In this document: piece by piece, positions 37,871 through 50,051 of the stretch
How positions within the stretch are numbered: position 1 is the stretch's first letter
Layout: each line of letters starts with the position of its first letter
Origin: Eledone cirrhosa
Lineage: Eukaryota
DNA length: 64,000 bases
Direction of reading: 5' to 3'
NCBI GenBank assembly: GCA_964016885.1
Contig: OZ024740.1
Span: 3,658,001 to 3,722,000 of the forward strand
Position numbers and translations under genes: made by a program
Notes under the pieces: generated by a model
What the model was told of the DNA's origin: nothing
What the model saw: only the letters and a program-made list of their open reading frames with translations
Database searches by the model: none

Positions 37871-40862
37871 TTTACGTCCGCTTTTCCCTGCTTGCAAGGG
37901 TGGGACGGGTCTTATTCAGCACAGCATCTCTCCACTCGTCACGGTCCCTCGTCATCTCCACTGTGAGCTTCAATGATCTGAGGTCTGTTCTCACCACCTC
38001 CGCCCATGTTTTTCGTGGTCTACCTCTACCACGTCTTCCTTCAACTGGCATTTCCTGGCACTTCTTCACCCATCGGTCATCCTCCATGCGCATCACATGT
38101 CCATACCACCTCAGTCTCCTCTCCCGTACACTACATTCTATCCCTCTCAGACACAGTCTCTCTCTCAACACATTTATGCTGGGTCGTTCATGCACATTTA
38201 CACTGCACATCCAACGGAGCATGCTTGCCTCATTTCTCTCCAGCCATCGCATATCCCCTGCAGTTGCTGCCCATGTCTCACTACCATGCAACATCGCGCT
38301 CCTCACACAGGCATCATACAACCGGCCTTTCGTACGCAGGGAGAAACCCTTCTTCGTCAACAGAGGAAGCAGCTCCCTAAACTTCTTCCAACCCGTCCTT
38401 ATTCTAGATACTATGGCCTCGGAACACCCTCCTCCCATGCTAATCTGATCTCCTAGGTACCGGAAGCTATCCACCACTTCTATAGCGCCCTCTTGCATTT
38501 GAAAAATGTGTCTATCAGTGAGACTTCTACTGTCTAATTTCCCTGTACATCTACTGCATACATATTTCTCCCTACCTGTTAGTTTGCCTGCTATCCCGCT
38601 ACATCTCTTGTGTACCCAGGATCTGCATTGTGTGCATTTTATAGAATTTATGCCAGTTCCTTTTCTGCATATCGAACATGGCCATTTCCCTGACGGAATC
38701 AGGGTTTTGTCCTCTTTTCTACTCATCAACACTTTTGTCTTAGCTAGATTCACTCTCAGTCCTCTTGCTTCCAACTGCTGTTTCCATAGCCAGAATTTAT
38801 TCTCTAGCTCCTCTACTGATTCTGCTATAAGAACCAGATCGTCAGCATAGAGAAGTTCCCATGGACAGCCAGTCTTAAACTCCTCTGTTATGGCTTGAAG
38901 GACTATAATGAACAAGAGCGGGCTGAGGACCGAACCCTGATATACTCCTACTTGTATCTGGAATTCCTCACTAAACTCCATTCCTACCCTGACTTTACTG
39001 AGAGTACCTCTGTACAAAGTTTGCACTGTCCTCACAAGCCATTCCTCAACACCTAGCTTCCTTAGGGACCACCAGATGACAGATCGGGGTACCCTATCAA
39101 AGGCCTTCTCTAGGTCAACAAAGGCCAAGTATAGTGGCTTATTCTTCTCTAAGAACCTCTCTTGCATTTGTCTCACCAAGAAGAGGGCATCTGTTGTACT
39201 CTTCCCAGGCACAAAACCAAACTGCATCTCATCTAGTTTTACCCTTTCTCTAATTAGTTGTGCTAAAATCCTTTCTGCCACTTTCATAACCTGATCTATC
39301 AGTTTTATACCCCTATAATTGCTCCTCTCCAAAGCATCCCCTTTACCTTTGTAGCAATTTATGAGAATACTGCTGCACCAGTCTTTGGGTATGACCCCAC
39401 CATATATAGCCTGATTGATGATGCGTGCAACCAGTTTAGTGCCTACGTCCTCTGATGCCTTCAGCATCTCAGCAACTATTCCCGATGGTCCGGCCGCCTT
39501 ACCATTCTTCATTTTCCTAATCGCCTCTTGGACCCTATATTCGTCAATCTCAATAGCTGGTCCCTCTGTCGGATCTACCCAGGGTAATTTCTCTCTCTCC
39601 CATTCGTTCTCCACATTCATCAGTCTCTCATAATGACATTTCCAGGCCTCCTTTTTCTGATCATTCGTGACACTAAGTACACCGGCATCATCCCGGACAC
39701 ATTTATCTCCAACAACATCCTGATTTGCATTGACACACTGCCTTGCAATGTGGAACACCGCACGCCTCTGATCTTCCCATCGCAGAACATTGGCAAACCT
39801 CCTACTCTCTGCCTCCCTGCGTGCTAAGTACACCTGATGTCTAGCTTCTCTCTTAGTGGCTGTATATTCTTCCCTACTCCCACCCTTTTTCCAAGCCTTC
39901 CATGCTAGTCTTTTGTCTCTAATAGCCTTATCTACTGTGCCGTTCCACCACCAGGTCACTCTCTGTCTAGTTGGAGCTCTGCTCCAGCCACAGGTTTCAT
40001 CAGTAGCCTGCAGCAAGTTGTCACGTAAGAACTTCCAGTTATTATCTATGTCATACGTCTCTAAATCGTCTTCTTTTTCGTCATATACATCTTGAAGGGC
40101 TTTCCTAAATTTGTATTTTAGTGAAAGGTCTTTTAGCTTCCATACCTTTCTTCTCCACACCTTCCTATATGTCTCATTCCATCTCTTGCTTACTGAGATA
40201 TCACTAACAACTAACCTATGCTGTGGGGTACATTCTTCCCCAGGGTATGCCTTGGTATTAGACACTATCTGCCTGTCCCGCTGCCTAACTAGCAGGAAGT
40301 CAATCTGGCTTATGTGCTCACCAGATTTGTAGGTTATTAGGTGATTGGCAGGTTTCTGGAAGTTTGTGTTGCAAATAGTCAATGTACTCGCATCACAAAA
40401 TTCAAGAAGTCTCACTCCTTCATTTCTTGAACCGTAACCGTGCCCACCATGTACCCCAGTGTAACCATCCTGGAGCTGTCCAACATGACCATTGAAGTCT
40501 CCTGCTAGCATAACGATGTCTCTGTCCTCTGTCATTGTGGTTGTTTGCAAAAGTTGCTCATAAAAGCAGTCTTTCTCATCTTTGCCTAGGCCTGCTTAGG
40601 GAGCATAGACCGAGATGATTGTCAGTAGTCTCCTACCTACAACTAATCTAAGCTTAATTATTCGATTACTAACTCGAACTACCTCTATTGCCTTATTGAT
40701 CCATTTCTCAGCCAGAAAAATGCCTACTCCCCCTAACCCATCATCCTTACCTACCCAGAATAGCCTATAGCTAAGACGCTTGCCTACGACTAGTCTCGCA
40801 GAGGCACCTCTCCATCTCACTTCTTGCACGCAGCACACATCCACCTGCCTTCTCTCCAGCAT
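37838..40862 (-). mobile_element. RTE-clade LINE family C, near full length
   Basis: APE start at 40596-40862, one disruption near 40590, 892 aa APE-RT ORF, (ATG)n tail. Confidence 0.95.
37872..40550 (-). CDS. RTE ORF (AP endonuclease C-half, reverse transcriptase, internal PHD-like finger); relic coding sequence
   Basis: GDFNGHVG, QIDF, PQHR, NYRGIKL, QFGF, DLEKAFD, QGSVLSP, LLYADD, FRYLG, MLHGSETW. Confidence 0.85.
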   Translation of the reverse strand: MQTTTMTEDRDIVMLAGDFNGHVGQLQDGYTGVHGGHGYGSRNEGVRLLEFCDASTLTICNTNFQKPANHLITYKSGEHISQIDFLLVRQRDRQIVSNTKAYPGEECTPQHRLVVSDISVSKRWNETYRKVWRRKVWKLKDLSLKYKFRKALQDVYDEKEDDLETYDIDNNWKFLRDNLLQATDETCGWSRAPTRQRVTWWWNGTVDKAIRDKRLAWKAWKKGGSREEYTATKREARHQVYLARREAESRRFANVLRWEDQRRAVFHIARQCVNANQDVVGDKCVRDDAGVLSVTNDQKKEAWKCHYERLMNVENEWEREKLPWVDPTEGPAIEIDEYRVQEAIRKMKNGKAAGPSGIVAEMLKASEDVGTKLVARIINQAIYGGVIPKDWCSSILINCYKGKGDALERSNYRGIKLIDQVMKVAERILAQLIRERVKLDEMQFGFVPGKSTTDALFLVRQMQERFLEKNKPLYLAFVDLEKAFDRVPRSVIWWSLRKLGVEEWLVRTVQTLYRGTLSKVRVGMEFSEEFQIQVGVYQGSVLSPLLFIIVLQAITEEFKTGCPWELLYADDLVLIAESVEELENKFWLWKQQLEARGLRVNLAKTKVLMSRKEDKTLIPSGKWPCSICRKGTGINSIKCTQCRSWVHKRCSGIAGKLTGREKYVCSRCTGKLDSRSLTDRHIFQMQEGAIEVVDSFRYLGDQISMGGGCSEAIVSRIRTGWKKFRELLPLLTKKGFSLRTKGRLYDACVRSAMLHGSETWAATAGDMRWLERNEASMLRWMCSVNVHERPSINVLRERLCLRGIECSVRERRLRWYGHVMRMEDDRWVKKCQEMPVEGRRGRGRPRKTWAEVVRTDLRSLKLTVEMTRDRDEWRDAVLNKTRPTLASREKRT

Positions 40863-40865
40863 CTA

Positions 40866-40921
<56 letters not shown>

Positions 40922-41140
40922 CACACAGATATGTGAGTGTGTAGGTTTTGCATGTAAACAGGTCTAACAATAATAAAAGGGAAGTAACAATAAAATTACA
41001 ACAAAAGTATTCTTCAATAGGGAGGAGATTTTCAAGGGCTACTGATCAAATATTCTTCAAACCACGATTACCCTGACTGCTAAGGCAAGTCTCTTCTTTC
41101 AGTTCTTCTGCTTCAATTTACAGTCATATACATGGTTATA

Positions 41141-41560
41141 TGCAGCAACTGCAGAGGATATGCAATGGCTGGAGAAAAATGAAGCAAGTATGCTCTGTTG
41201 GATGTGCAATGCCAGTGTACGTGAACGACCAAGCATGGACGAGTTGAGAAAGAAACTGGGTATAAGAGGGATAAGTTGTGGTGTGCAGGAGAGAAGGCTG
41301 AGATGGTATGGATATGTGATGCACATAGAGGATGACCGCTGGGTAAAGAAGTGCTGGGAAATCCCAGTCGAAGGAAGACGCAGTAGAGGTAGACCACAAA
41401 AAACATGGACAGAGGTGGTGAGAGCAGACTTCAGATTGCTGAAGCTCACAGAGTAGATGACGAAAGACTGTGACAAGTGGAGAGATGCTGTGCTGAATAG
41501 GACCCGTCCCACCCTTGCAAGCAGAGAAAAGCAGACGTAAAATGATGATGATGATAATGA
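41141..41560 (+). mobile_element. RTE family C 3' fragment
   Basis: RRLRWYGYV..GRPQKTW; tail matches 37870-37915. Confidence 0.9.
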
Positions 41561-41744
41561 TACTCAGGGCACCCCTGTTCACTTGGCCACTTATTTTTTT
41601 TTTAACAAAATCTCTGGTAGATAGTCCCCTCCCTGGTGTATATTTACTCTTTCACTGTTTAACCTGTTCCAGCCATCCAGTTGAGGCCCTATTGGGGGTT
41701 ATATCTTTCATGGGCATTACTTATATATGTAAATCATTATTACA

Positions 41745-42250
41745 GAGCGGTGGATTGGCAGTATCGGTAGAGGGTCGGACAACATGCTAGGTTGGTGGAT
41801 TGGCAGTATCGGTAGAGGGTCAGACAACATGCTAGGGTGGTGGATTGGCAGTATTGGTAGAGGGTCGGACACCATGTTAGGGTGGTGGATTGGCAGTATT
41901 GGTAGAGGGTCGGACACCATGTTAGGTGGTGGATTGGCAGTATCGGTAGAGGGTCGGACACCATGTTAGGTGGTGGATTGGCAGTATCGGTAGAGGGTCG
42001 GACACCATGTTAGGTGGTGGATTGGCAGTATCGGTAGAGGGTCGGACACCATGTTAGGTGGTGGATTGGCAGTATCAGTAGAGGGTAGGACAACATGCTT
42101 TCCAGCATAGTTACATCCATTTATGGTCTGAGTTCAAATCCCATTGAGGTTAACTTTGACATTCATCCTTACGGGGTCGATAAAATAAAGTACCAGTAAT
42201 ACACTGGGTAATTGCTGGCCTTGTGCCAAAAGTAGAAATAATTATTATTC
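41745..42250 (+). mobile_element. Nin/Deu-domain-like tRNA SINE with head tandemly expanded (44-45 bp, ~8 copies)
   Basis: TGGCAGTATCGG A-box-like unit; B box GAGTTCAAATCC; TTCATCCTTACGGGGTCGATAAAATAAAGTACC; (ATT)n tail. Confidence 0.85.
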
Positions 42251-42299
42251 ATCAGCATATATTTTCATACAATAGGTGAAACAGGCCAAATATCAACAG

Positions 42300-42900
42300 C
42301 AGAAACCTCCCTTTAATAACCACTTCAACGCAAATAAACATTCTTTATTTTGCTCATTGATCTGTTCTATTTGTCTTGTCACTGAAACTTAAGTTAATGA
42401 GAGATTGGCCATGATCGTCTTCTGCCCCTTCAGTGTGTCCACCATACAACATCATTGATCATAGACATTAGGCTTATAAAACTGCCTGCCCTTTCTAGCT
42501 AAAGGAAGGCTGTAGGGTGATCTTTACACGGGGTTCAGCTGATAGCCTGATCTGACCCACATGTGACAGTACTTGTTCAACATAAACCCACAAGTCAGCA
42601 ATGCTCAGGCACTAGATGAGTGTGTGCAGGACAGTTTCATCATACCATGTGCATTTGGATATGCTTGGCTGACTGCACTTCCATACTTGTAGAGTTTATT
42701 TCAAACTGACAATGTTCCTCTGTAGCACTGCAAGCCAGGGATTTCTGGAAGTTATCAAATAGTGCTGGGCTGAAAGTTCTTTGGAAGAGATCAGCTAACT
42801 GATCCTCTTCAAAGCCCAGGGTCGCCACAAAAACATTGTCACTATTCCCCACCACTAATCCTCTATAGAATGCTGAAGTGGATTTTCCACCAACTACTGT
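42300..42900 (-). mobile_element. Degraded L1/Tx1 ORF2 C-terminus (zf-RVT-like)
   Basis: Frameshift-corrected reading SAFYRGLV..FQKSLA.QCYRGTL..P.C..DETVLHTLI.C..IADLWVYVEQ. Confidence 0.55.
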
Positions 42901-43117
42901 ATACAAACACACACACACACACACCATCACACACACACATATATATATATATATTCAATTTTGATGAAGGACTAACATCAAAAATGTTAAGACACTTTTC
43001 CTACTATATCAAGCATGAAACTAATAATATATTTCTTCTTTGTACTGTGTTGTGTGCTCTGTTATTTCTGTTTGCCTTTTGCACACACACACACACAGAC
43101 ATACACACCATGTTCAC

Positions 43118-44424
43118 CAAGGCCCCCTCCTATTTATTATTGTCCTACAGGCTATTACAGAAGAGTTTAGGACTGGCTGCCTATGGGAACTGCTATATGC
43201 AGATGATCTAACTCTCATAGCTGAATCTATGGCTGAACTAGAGAAGAAATTCCAAACATGGAAACATGGCCTAGAATCAAAAGGCCTTAAAGTTAACTTG
43301 TCTAAGACTAGTTCTAGTATGTAGAAAGGAAAATAGGGCTCAAGTACCCTCTGGGAAATGGCCATGCCTAGTGTGTAGGAAAGGAGTAGGTAGAAATTCC
43401 ATTCTATGTCCCAAATGCAAACTATAGGTTCATAAAAGATGTAGTGGGATTACAGGCAAGCTATCAAAGAATGTAGGTTTTATATGTGGTCGATGCTCAG
43501 GTGCAATAAGTAGCAAGTGCCCACAGAATACTAGCTCCTTCAACTGCCCAGATGGTTCTATAGAAATAGTGAACTCTTTCCGTTACCTGGGTGACAAAAT
43601 CAGCAGTGGTCGAGGGTGTTCTGAAAGTACAGTAGCTAGAGTCAGAACGGAATGGAAATAGTTCAGAGAGCTTACACCACTGTTGGCCACAAAATGTTTC
43701 TCTCTAAAAATGAAAGGCAGATTGTATGATGCCTGTATATGAACAGCAATGTTACATGGGAGACATGGGCATTGTGTGCAGAGGATCTACGCAGATTGGA
43801 AAGAAATTAATCTTGCATGCTCCGCTGGATGTGTAATAGTAATATACGTGAACAGCAAAACATAAATGAACTAAGTGATAAATTAGGAATAAGAGGGATC
43901 AGATGCTGTTTACTGGAGAAGAGATTACATTGGTATGGGCATGTGATGTGAATTAAGGACAGCTGTATAAAAAAGTGCAGGGCGATCAAAATTGATGGAA
44001 GATATGGAGTAGGTAGACCCAGAAGACCTGGGACAAGGTAATAAAAGCTGACCTTGCACACTTACACCTCTCTTAGACAATGTCACTGGACTGAGATCTT
44101 TGGCGCTACGCAGTAATACAGAGGCCCTGCCTTCCCTTGCATACAGACTTAAATCTACACTTAGTAGGAACCTTTTAATCCAATATATACCCCACACCAC
44201 CTACACCACCCTCCCACATCCACCCACATCACCCTTTCTCTGTAAAGTGCTCATGTAGAAGACAGTAAAAAGCACCCAGCACACACTGTAAATGCAAAGA
44301 AGGGCATCGACTTGTAGAAAACCAGACAGAAACAGTCACCTGACGCAACTTGTCTCAAGTGGGACAAACCCATCTAACCCATGCTATCATGGAAGATAAA
44401 CGTTAAACGATGATGATGATGATG
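43118..44424 (+). mobile_element. RTE family A-like 3' fragment
   Basis: PLLFIIVLQA..LLYADD, zinc finger, (GAT)n tail. Confidence 0.92.
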
Positions 44425-44879
44425 TATACATACACACACACACACAAATATATATATATAATAAACAAATAACCAAGGTTTAATACATTATTTAATGGTT
44501 TTGATAAATGCCAACCAGTGGGAAACAGACTGTCAATCACTCTCCCTTTGTTTTTGCCGAAAATAAGTAAGTGATATAGTCACTACTTTAAAACTCATAG
44601 TGAATGGGCTTCTAAATGTTTTCAGTTAAACATACAGTATATTGCCAAATATATATATATATAAATATATAGATATCGTTTTTTTACAAAAAACAATAAA
44701 AAATATAGAAACAATTTAGAGAAGTTAAAAACAGTTCAAAATAGAGTAATTTATTATAATAATCAGTACAAAAGGCTGTTTCATACTTCTTTGAACGAAT
44801 TTTCCCAAAAAAGCATGCATACAAAATCCTGTTGTACTAAAAATAATAATTACACATGAAGCAAATTATTCCTTAAAAT

Positions 44880-45225
44880 AGACACCAAACACGTTTTTAC
44901 ATTAAATGTTGATTTACGAACGTTTCATCCCCTCATTGAATTTTCCAAAACCAGTTATTTAAAATTAAAGAAACTTATTATAACCTCACTAAAATACTCG
45001 ACACCCAGCAGCCAAAGAAAATGTTTACATTTTAAAAAGTCGAAAAAGATGCCATAATGTATAGAAAATCTGTGTTGTCCAACTACAGACATATAACGTC
45101 AAACCACTCTAACACATTACTATATGTTGTCTAACTACAGAGGTATCAGACCACTCTAGTACATTACTATATGTTATCTAACTACAAACACACAACGTGA
45201 AACCACTCTAGCACATTACTATAAA
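44880..45225 (-). mobile_element. Non-autonomous element with ~3 internal 47 bp units
   Basis: Reverse complement of ~54960-55270. Confidence 0.7.
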
Positions 45226-45502
45226 AACTTATTTTAAAAAATTAATAGATGATAAATATAAAAGAGAAATATAAACTTGATAAAAAATATTATAAAAGAT
45301 AAGGAAAAATAAAGACACACATATATACACACACACATACATATACACATGTATATATAGATATACACCCACATACAGATACATACATAACCACATACAA
45401 ATACATATGCACATACACACATATGCATATATATATATGCACACACACATATATACATAAACATATATATATATATATAGACAGACAAATACATAAATAT
45501 AT

Positions 45503-45680
45503 GGTGGCACATGGCTTAAAGGTTAGAGCATTGGCCTTCCAATCGAAAGGTCGTGAGTTCAATTCTCAGACCTGGTGATGTGTTGTTTCCTTGAGCAAGA
45601 CACTTTATTTCACATTGCTCAAGTTTACTCAGCTGTAGAAATGAGATGATAGGACTGGGGTTCCTATCATTCCACTGCAA
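45503..45680 (+). mobile_element. CORE-like tRNA SINE 5' half
   Basis: Matches 14491-14675. Confidence 0.9.
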
Positions 45681-46880
45681 GTGGGCTGGGTGCTTTTTTG
45701 CCGTGGCACCTCCACAACCACTTTGAAGTGGGAGGGTGTGGGGCATATTGTCTATAAGCTTCAGCTATGGCTTGTTCCTGTGGGAAGTTGTGTCTTCTGT
45801 ATTACTGCGTGACGCCAGAGGTCATGGTCCTGTGTCATCGTCTTTGAGAGGTGCATTTGGGCAAGGTCCACTTTTATCACCTCATCTCAGGTCTTCTTGG
45901 GTCTCCCCACTCCATGGCTTCCATTGACTTCTAGTGCTCTGCACATTTTTATGCAGCTGTCATCCTTCCTATGCATCACATGTCCATACCAATGCAACCA
46001 CCTCTCCTGCACACAGCATTTGATTCTTCTTATGCTCCAGTCTCTCTCTCAGTTCGTTTATACTTTGCCGTTCACATATATTACTATTACACATCCCTCG
46101 GGGCATGCAGGCTTCGTTTCTTTCTAATCTAGGCAAATTTTCCACTCACAAATCTTCCACGCGCAGGTCTCACTATGATGTAACACGCATCATACTGTCT
46201 ACCTTTCATTTTGAAGGAAAAGCCTTTTGCAGCTAGCAATTGTAGTAGCTCCCTGAACTTCTTTTATCCCGTTCTTACCCTGTTCTATCCCGTTCTTACT
46301 CTGCTGCTAATTTGGTCACCTAGGTAGCAGAAGCTGTCTACTGTTTATACAGAGCCCTCCCACAGTTTGGTGGTGCTTGTTTCCTGTGGCCATTTACTGC
46401 TTGCTGTCCCAGTGCAGCTGCTACATGTGAAGACTACATTCCTAACTAAGTTTCCTAAGATCCCACTACATCTCTTGTGTACCCATAGTTTGGATTTGGG
46501 GCAGAGGATGGAGTTCCTACCTACACCTTTCATACATACTGAGCAAGGTCATTTCCCTGAGAGGTACTGGGTTCTGTTTTCTCGTCTACTTACAGAAGTT
46601 CCCATGGGCATCCAGACTGAAACTCCTCTGTTATTGCCTGCAATACTATAATGAACAGGAGAGAGCTAAGAACAGAGCCCTGGTAGACACTGACCTGTAT
46701 GCTAAATTCCTCGCTATAGTCATTGTTAACCCTAACTTTGCTGACTGCTCCCCTATACATGGCTTGTACAGCTTTCACAAGCCATTCATCTAAACCTAGT
46801 TTTCTAAGAGCCCACCAGATTATAGCACGGGGCACTGTCAAAAGCTTTTTCCAGATCAACAAATGCCAGGTCGAGTGGCT
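45681..46880 (-). mobile_element. RTE family B fragment, internally deleted
   Basis: IIWWALRKLG..QGSVLS..GRNSILCPK; 3'UTR truncated. Confidence 0.9.
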
Positions 46881-46983
46881 TACATATACACAAGTATATA
46901 CATATACACTCACATATATAAATACACATATTTATACACATACATACAAATACGCAACACATGTACTAATACATATATGCACA

Positions 46984-48290
46984 TAGCAATAGGTAATTTT
47001 CCGAAAGTTAAAAGTCTGCTGCTCCCATCCCTTAATCCTGTTCCAGTCAACAATACTATGGGGTGTGCAAAATTTCAGCTCAATCGGACAACTGTTAGGT
47101 GACCCTCAAGCGCCTTGAAGTTGGAACATAGTATATGGAACGATTAATTCTGTTCAAAACCGGTATACTGTTGCCTATCTCGACCATTTTCTTTTTTCTT
47201 CTTAGAGAAATTTATGTGGACACATCCAGGCAACCCCAGCAAATGTTTAAAAACGTTCTGAATCAAATTTACCAATAGTTAATTTGAAAAATTCCTGAAA
47301 TAACATGAAAAACTTGAGAAATATTGGGTTTTCTTAATAAGGCACACAACTTCTATAATAGAAACACATTTTTATTTACAACAATAATTTCTATAGAATC
47401 AAAAACAGAATGTGAACACTGATCACTGAATATTGAACATTATTTATCGATAGAGGGTCGGATGTCATGCTTTGACGCATAGAATTACAGCCCTTTCCAT
47501 TCTGAGTTCAAATCCCGCCGAGGTCAACTTTGCCTTTCCTCCTTACAGGGTCGATAAAATAAAGTACCAGTAATACACTGGGGTAATTGCTGGCCTTGTG
47601 CCAAAAGTAGAAACAATTATTTTTGAACTTTGCCTTTCATCCTTACGGGGTCGATAAAATGAAGTACCAGTAATACACTGGGGTAATTGCTGGCCTTGTG
47701 CCAAAAGTAGAAACAATTATTTTTGCATAAGGGCAGTGGATTGGCAGAATTGGTAGAGCATCAGACACCCTGCTTCGCAGCATAGAGTTACGTCTCTTTA
47801 TGTTCTGAGTTCAAATCCCGCTGAGGTTACTTTTGCCTTTCATCCTTATGGGGTTGATAAAATAAAGTACCAGTAATGCAATGGGATAATTATTTTTGCA
47901 TAAGAGAGGATTTAGTGGCAGTTGGGTATGTTTTATGGTTTTCGGCAACAATCTGTAAAAGAAATTTGTTCTTAGTTTCATCTTTTGTGAGAATGTTACT
48001 GTAATCCTCAGTTTCACACCTCTTTCTACAAAATAACAACTGTCTTCTCAAGTTTTTCAAGTCCACTTTTGTAACCAGGATCATCCTTCCATGTCGGGGG
48101 CCTTTGTCGAGGATATCGGTGCTGATAGAAAATCTTGTGAAGAAAGTTTTTGTATTAGGAGTTGCAAAAGACGAAAACTCGATGTTTGTGAAGGAAGAAA
48201 AGTCATTTTGGTGTAGAATCTACCTCTTCAGTTGATTTTTTCACCTTGGTCTGCTTCCAGCATAACTTGAGCAATATTTGCCTTAACCTC
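46984..48290 (-). mobile_element. Probable hATm-like DNA transposon 3' end, interrupted by SINEs
   Basis: 47900-48290 minus strand reads FFTRFSISTDIL..TWKDDPGY..ERGVKL.EDYSNILTKDE..FLLQIVAENHKTYP; terminus resembles the TAGGGTGG-headed sequence at 51005. Confidence 0.5.
47449..47900 (+). mobile_element. Three tandem or partial Nin-like SINE copies
   Basis: Repeated GAGTTCAAATCC and GGGGTCGATAAAAT..GTACC motifs. Confidence 0.85.
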
Positions 48291-49530
48291 TCCTTGCTCT
48301 CCTTTTCTCGTTGCTTGCCTTTTCCCATTGTTCTCATTGCTCTCCTTTTCTCATTTCTCTCCTTGCCCTCCTTTTCTCCTTCCCCTCCTTGCTCTCCTTT
48401 TCCCATTGTTCTCCTTCCTCTCCTTTTCTCCTTGCTCTCCTTTTCTCATTGCTCTCTTTCCACTCCTAGCTCTCTGTGCTCTCCTTTTATCTCTGTGCTC
48501 TTCTTTTATCCGTGTTCTCCTTGCTCTCCTTTTCCCATTGCTCTCCTTGCTCTCCTTTTCTCATTACTCTCCTTGCTCTCCTTGCTCTCCCTTTCTCATT
48601 GCTCTCCTTGTTCTCATTTTCTCATTGCTCTCCTTGCTCTCCTTTTCTCATTACTCTCCTTGCTTTCCTTTTCTCACTACTCTCCTTGCTCTCCTTTTCT
48701 CATTACTCTCTTTGCTCTCATTTTCTCATTGCTCTCCTTGCATTCCTTTTCTCACTACTCTCCTTGCTTTCCTTTTCTCATTGCTCTCCTTGCTCTTCTT
48801 TTCTCATTAGTCTCCTTGCTCTCCTTTTCTCACTACTCTCCTTGCTTTCCTTTTCTCACTACTCTCCTTGCTTTCCTTTTCTCATTGCTCTCCTTGCTCT
48901 TCTTTTCTCATTAGTCTCCTTGCATTCCTTTTCTCACTACTCTCCTTGCTTTCCTTTTCTCATTGCTCTTCTTGCTCTTGTTTTCTCACTACTCTCCTTG
49001 CTCTCATTTTCTCATTACTCTCCTTGCTCTCCTTTTCTCATTACTCTCCTTGCTCTCCTTGCTCTCCCTTTCTCATTGCTCTCCTTGTTCTCCTTTTCTC
49101 ATTGCTCTCCTTGCTCTCCTTTTCCCATTGCTCTCCTTTTCGCATTGCTCTCCTTGCTCTCCTTTTCCCATTGCTCTCCTTTTCGCATTGCTCTCCTTGC
49201 TCTCCTTTTCTCATTACTCTCTTGCTCTCCTTTTCTCATTACTCTCCTTGCTCTCCTTGCTCTCCCTTTCTCATTGCTCTCCTTGTTCTCCTTTTCTCAT
49301 TGCTCTCGCTCTCTTTTTCCCATTGCTCTCCTTTTCGCATTGCTCTCCTTGCTCTCCTTTTCTCATTACTCTCCTTGCTCTCCTTTTCGCATTGCTCTCC
49401 TTGCTCTCCTTTTCCCATTGCCCTCCTTGCTCCCCTTTTATCTCTGTGTTCTTCTTTTGTCTGTGTTCTCCTTGCTCTCCTTTTCGCATTGCTCTCCTTA
49501 CTCCCCTTTTCTCCCCTTTCTCCTTGTGTC
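48290..49530. repeat. Pyrimidine-rich minisatellite (~27 bp, TTGCTCTCC-based)
   Basis: Direct reading; the Leu/Ser/Phe ORFs are artefacts. Confidence 0.92.
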
Positions 49531-49728
49531 TATGTACTTGTTTATATACAAACACAATGAGAAAAGGGGAGAAAGGAAAAATATGAAAGTAAGGCGAATA
49601 TATATATATACAATTTAATATCTTTGAATATTTAATCTAGTAAACTCTTGAGTGCTCTAAATCAGTTATAAACATTTATATTTGTCTTCCAACAAATTAA
49701 ATACCACTTCTACTTATATATATATATA

Positions 49729-50030
49729 TTATTATTATGTAATAAACAACATAAGGCAATTATTCCATTTACCAGTGGTTTCTTAAAAGCAAAAGGTTTT
49801 GCTTTCAATCCTCAGAATGAAAAATCCTGGTTTGTTTATTGAATATTCAATAAACAAACCAGGATTTTTCATTCTGAGGATTGAAAGCAAAACCTTTTGC
49901 TTTTAAGAAACCACTGGTAAATGGAATAATTGCCTTATGTTGTTTATTACATAATAATAATAATTAAGCTCTGTTGCTTACATAGAGCACTCTTTTTTCC
50001 TGGACTTTTCCGATGGAATTACTTCATTTA
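49729..50030. mobile_element. Spacerless ~232 bp palindrome (49729-49960) plus tail; Penelope-like relic
   Basis: Centre gaat|attc at 49844/49845; (TA)n flanks. Confidence 0.85.
49870..49923 (+). ncRNA. Minimal hammerhead ribozyme (mirror copy 49766-49819, minus strand)
   Basis: catt-CTGAGGA-ttgaaagcaaaa/cc/ttttgcttttaa-GAAA-ccactgg-TA-aatg. Confidence 0.8.
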
Positions 50031-50051
50031 TATATATATATATATATATAT

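Noticed and set aside
42958-42992. Hammerhead-like TTGATGAaggactaacatcaAAAAtgtta
   Set aside because: Both core boxes and helix II are mutated; too degenerate to call
48246-49618. Multi-pass membrane protein-like ORFs
   Set aside because: Pyrimidine minisatellite that is open in several frames
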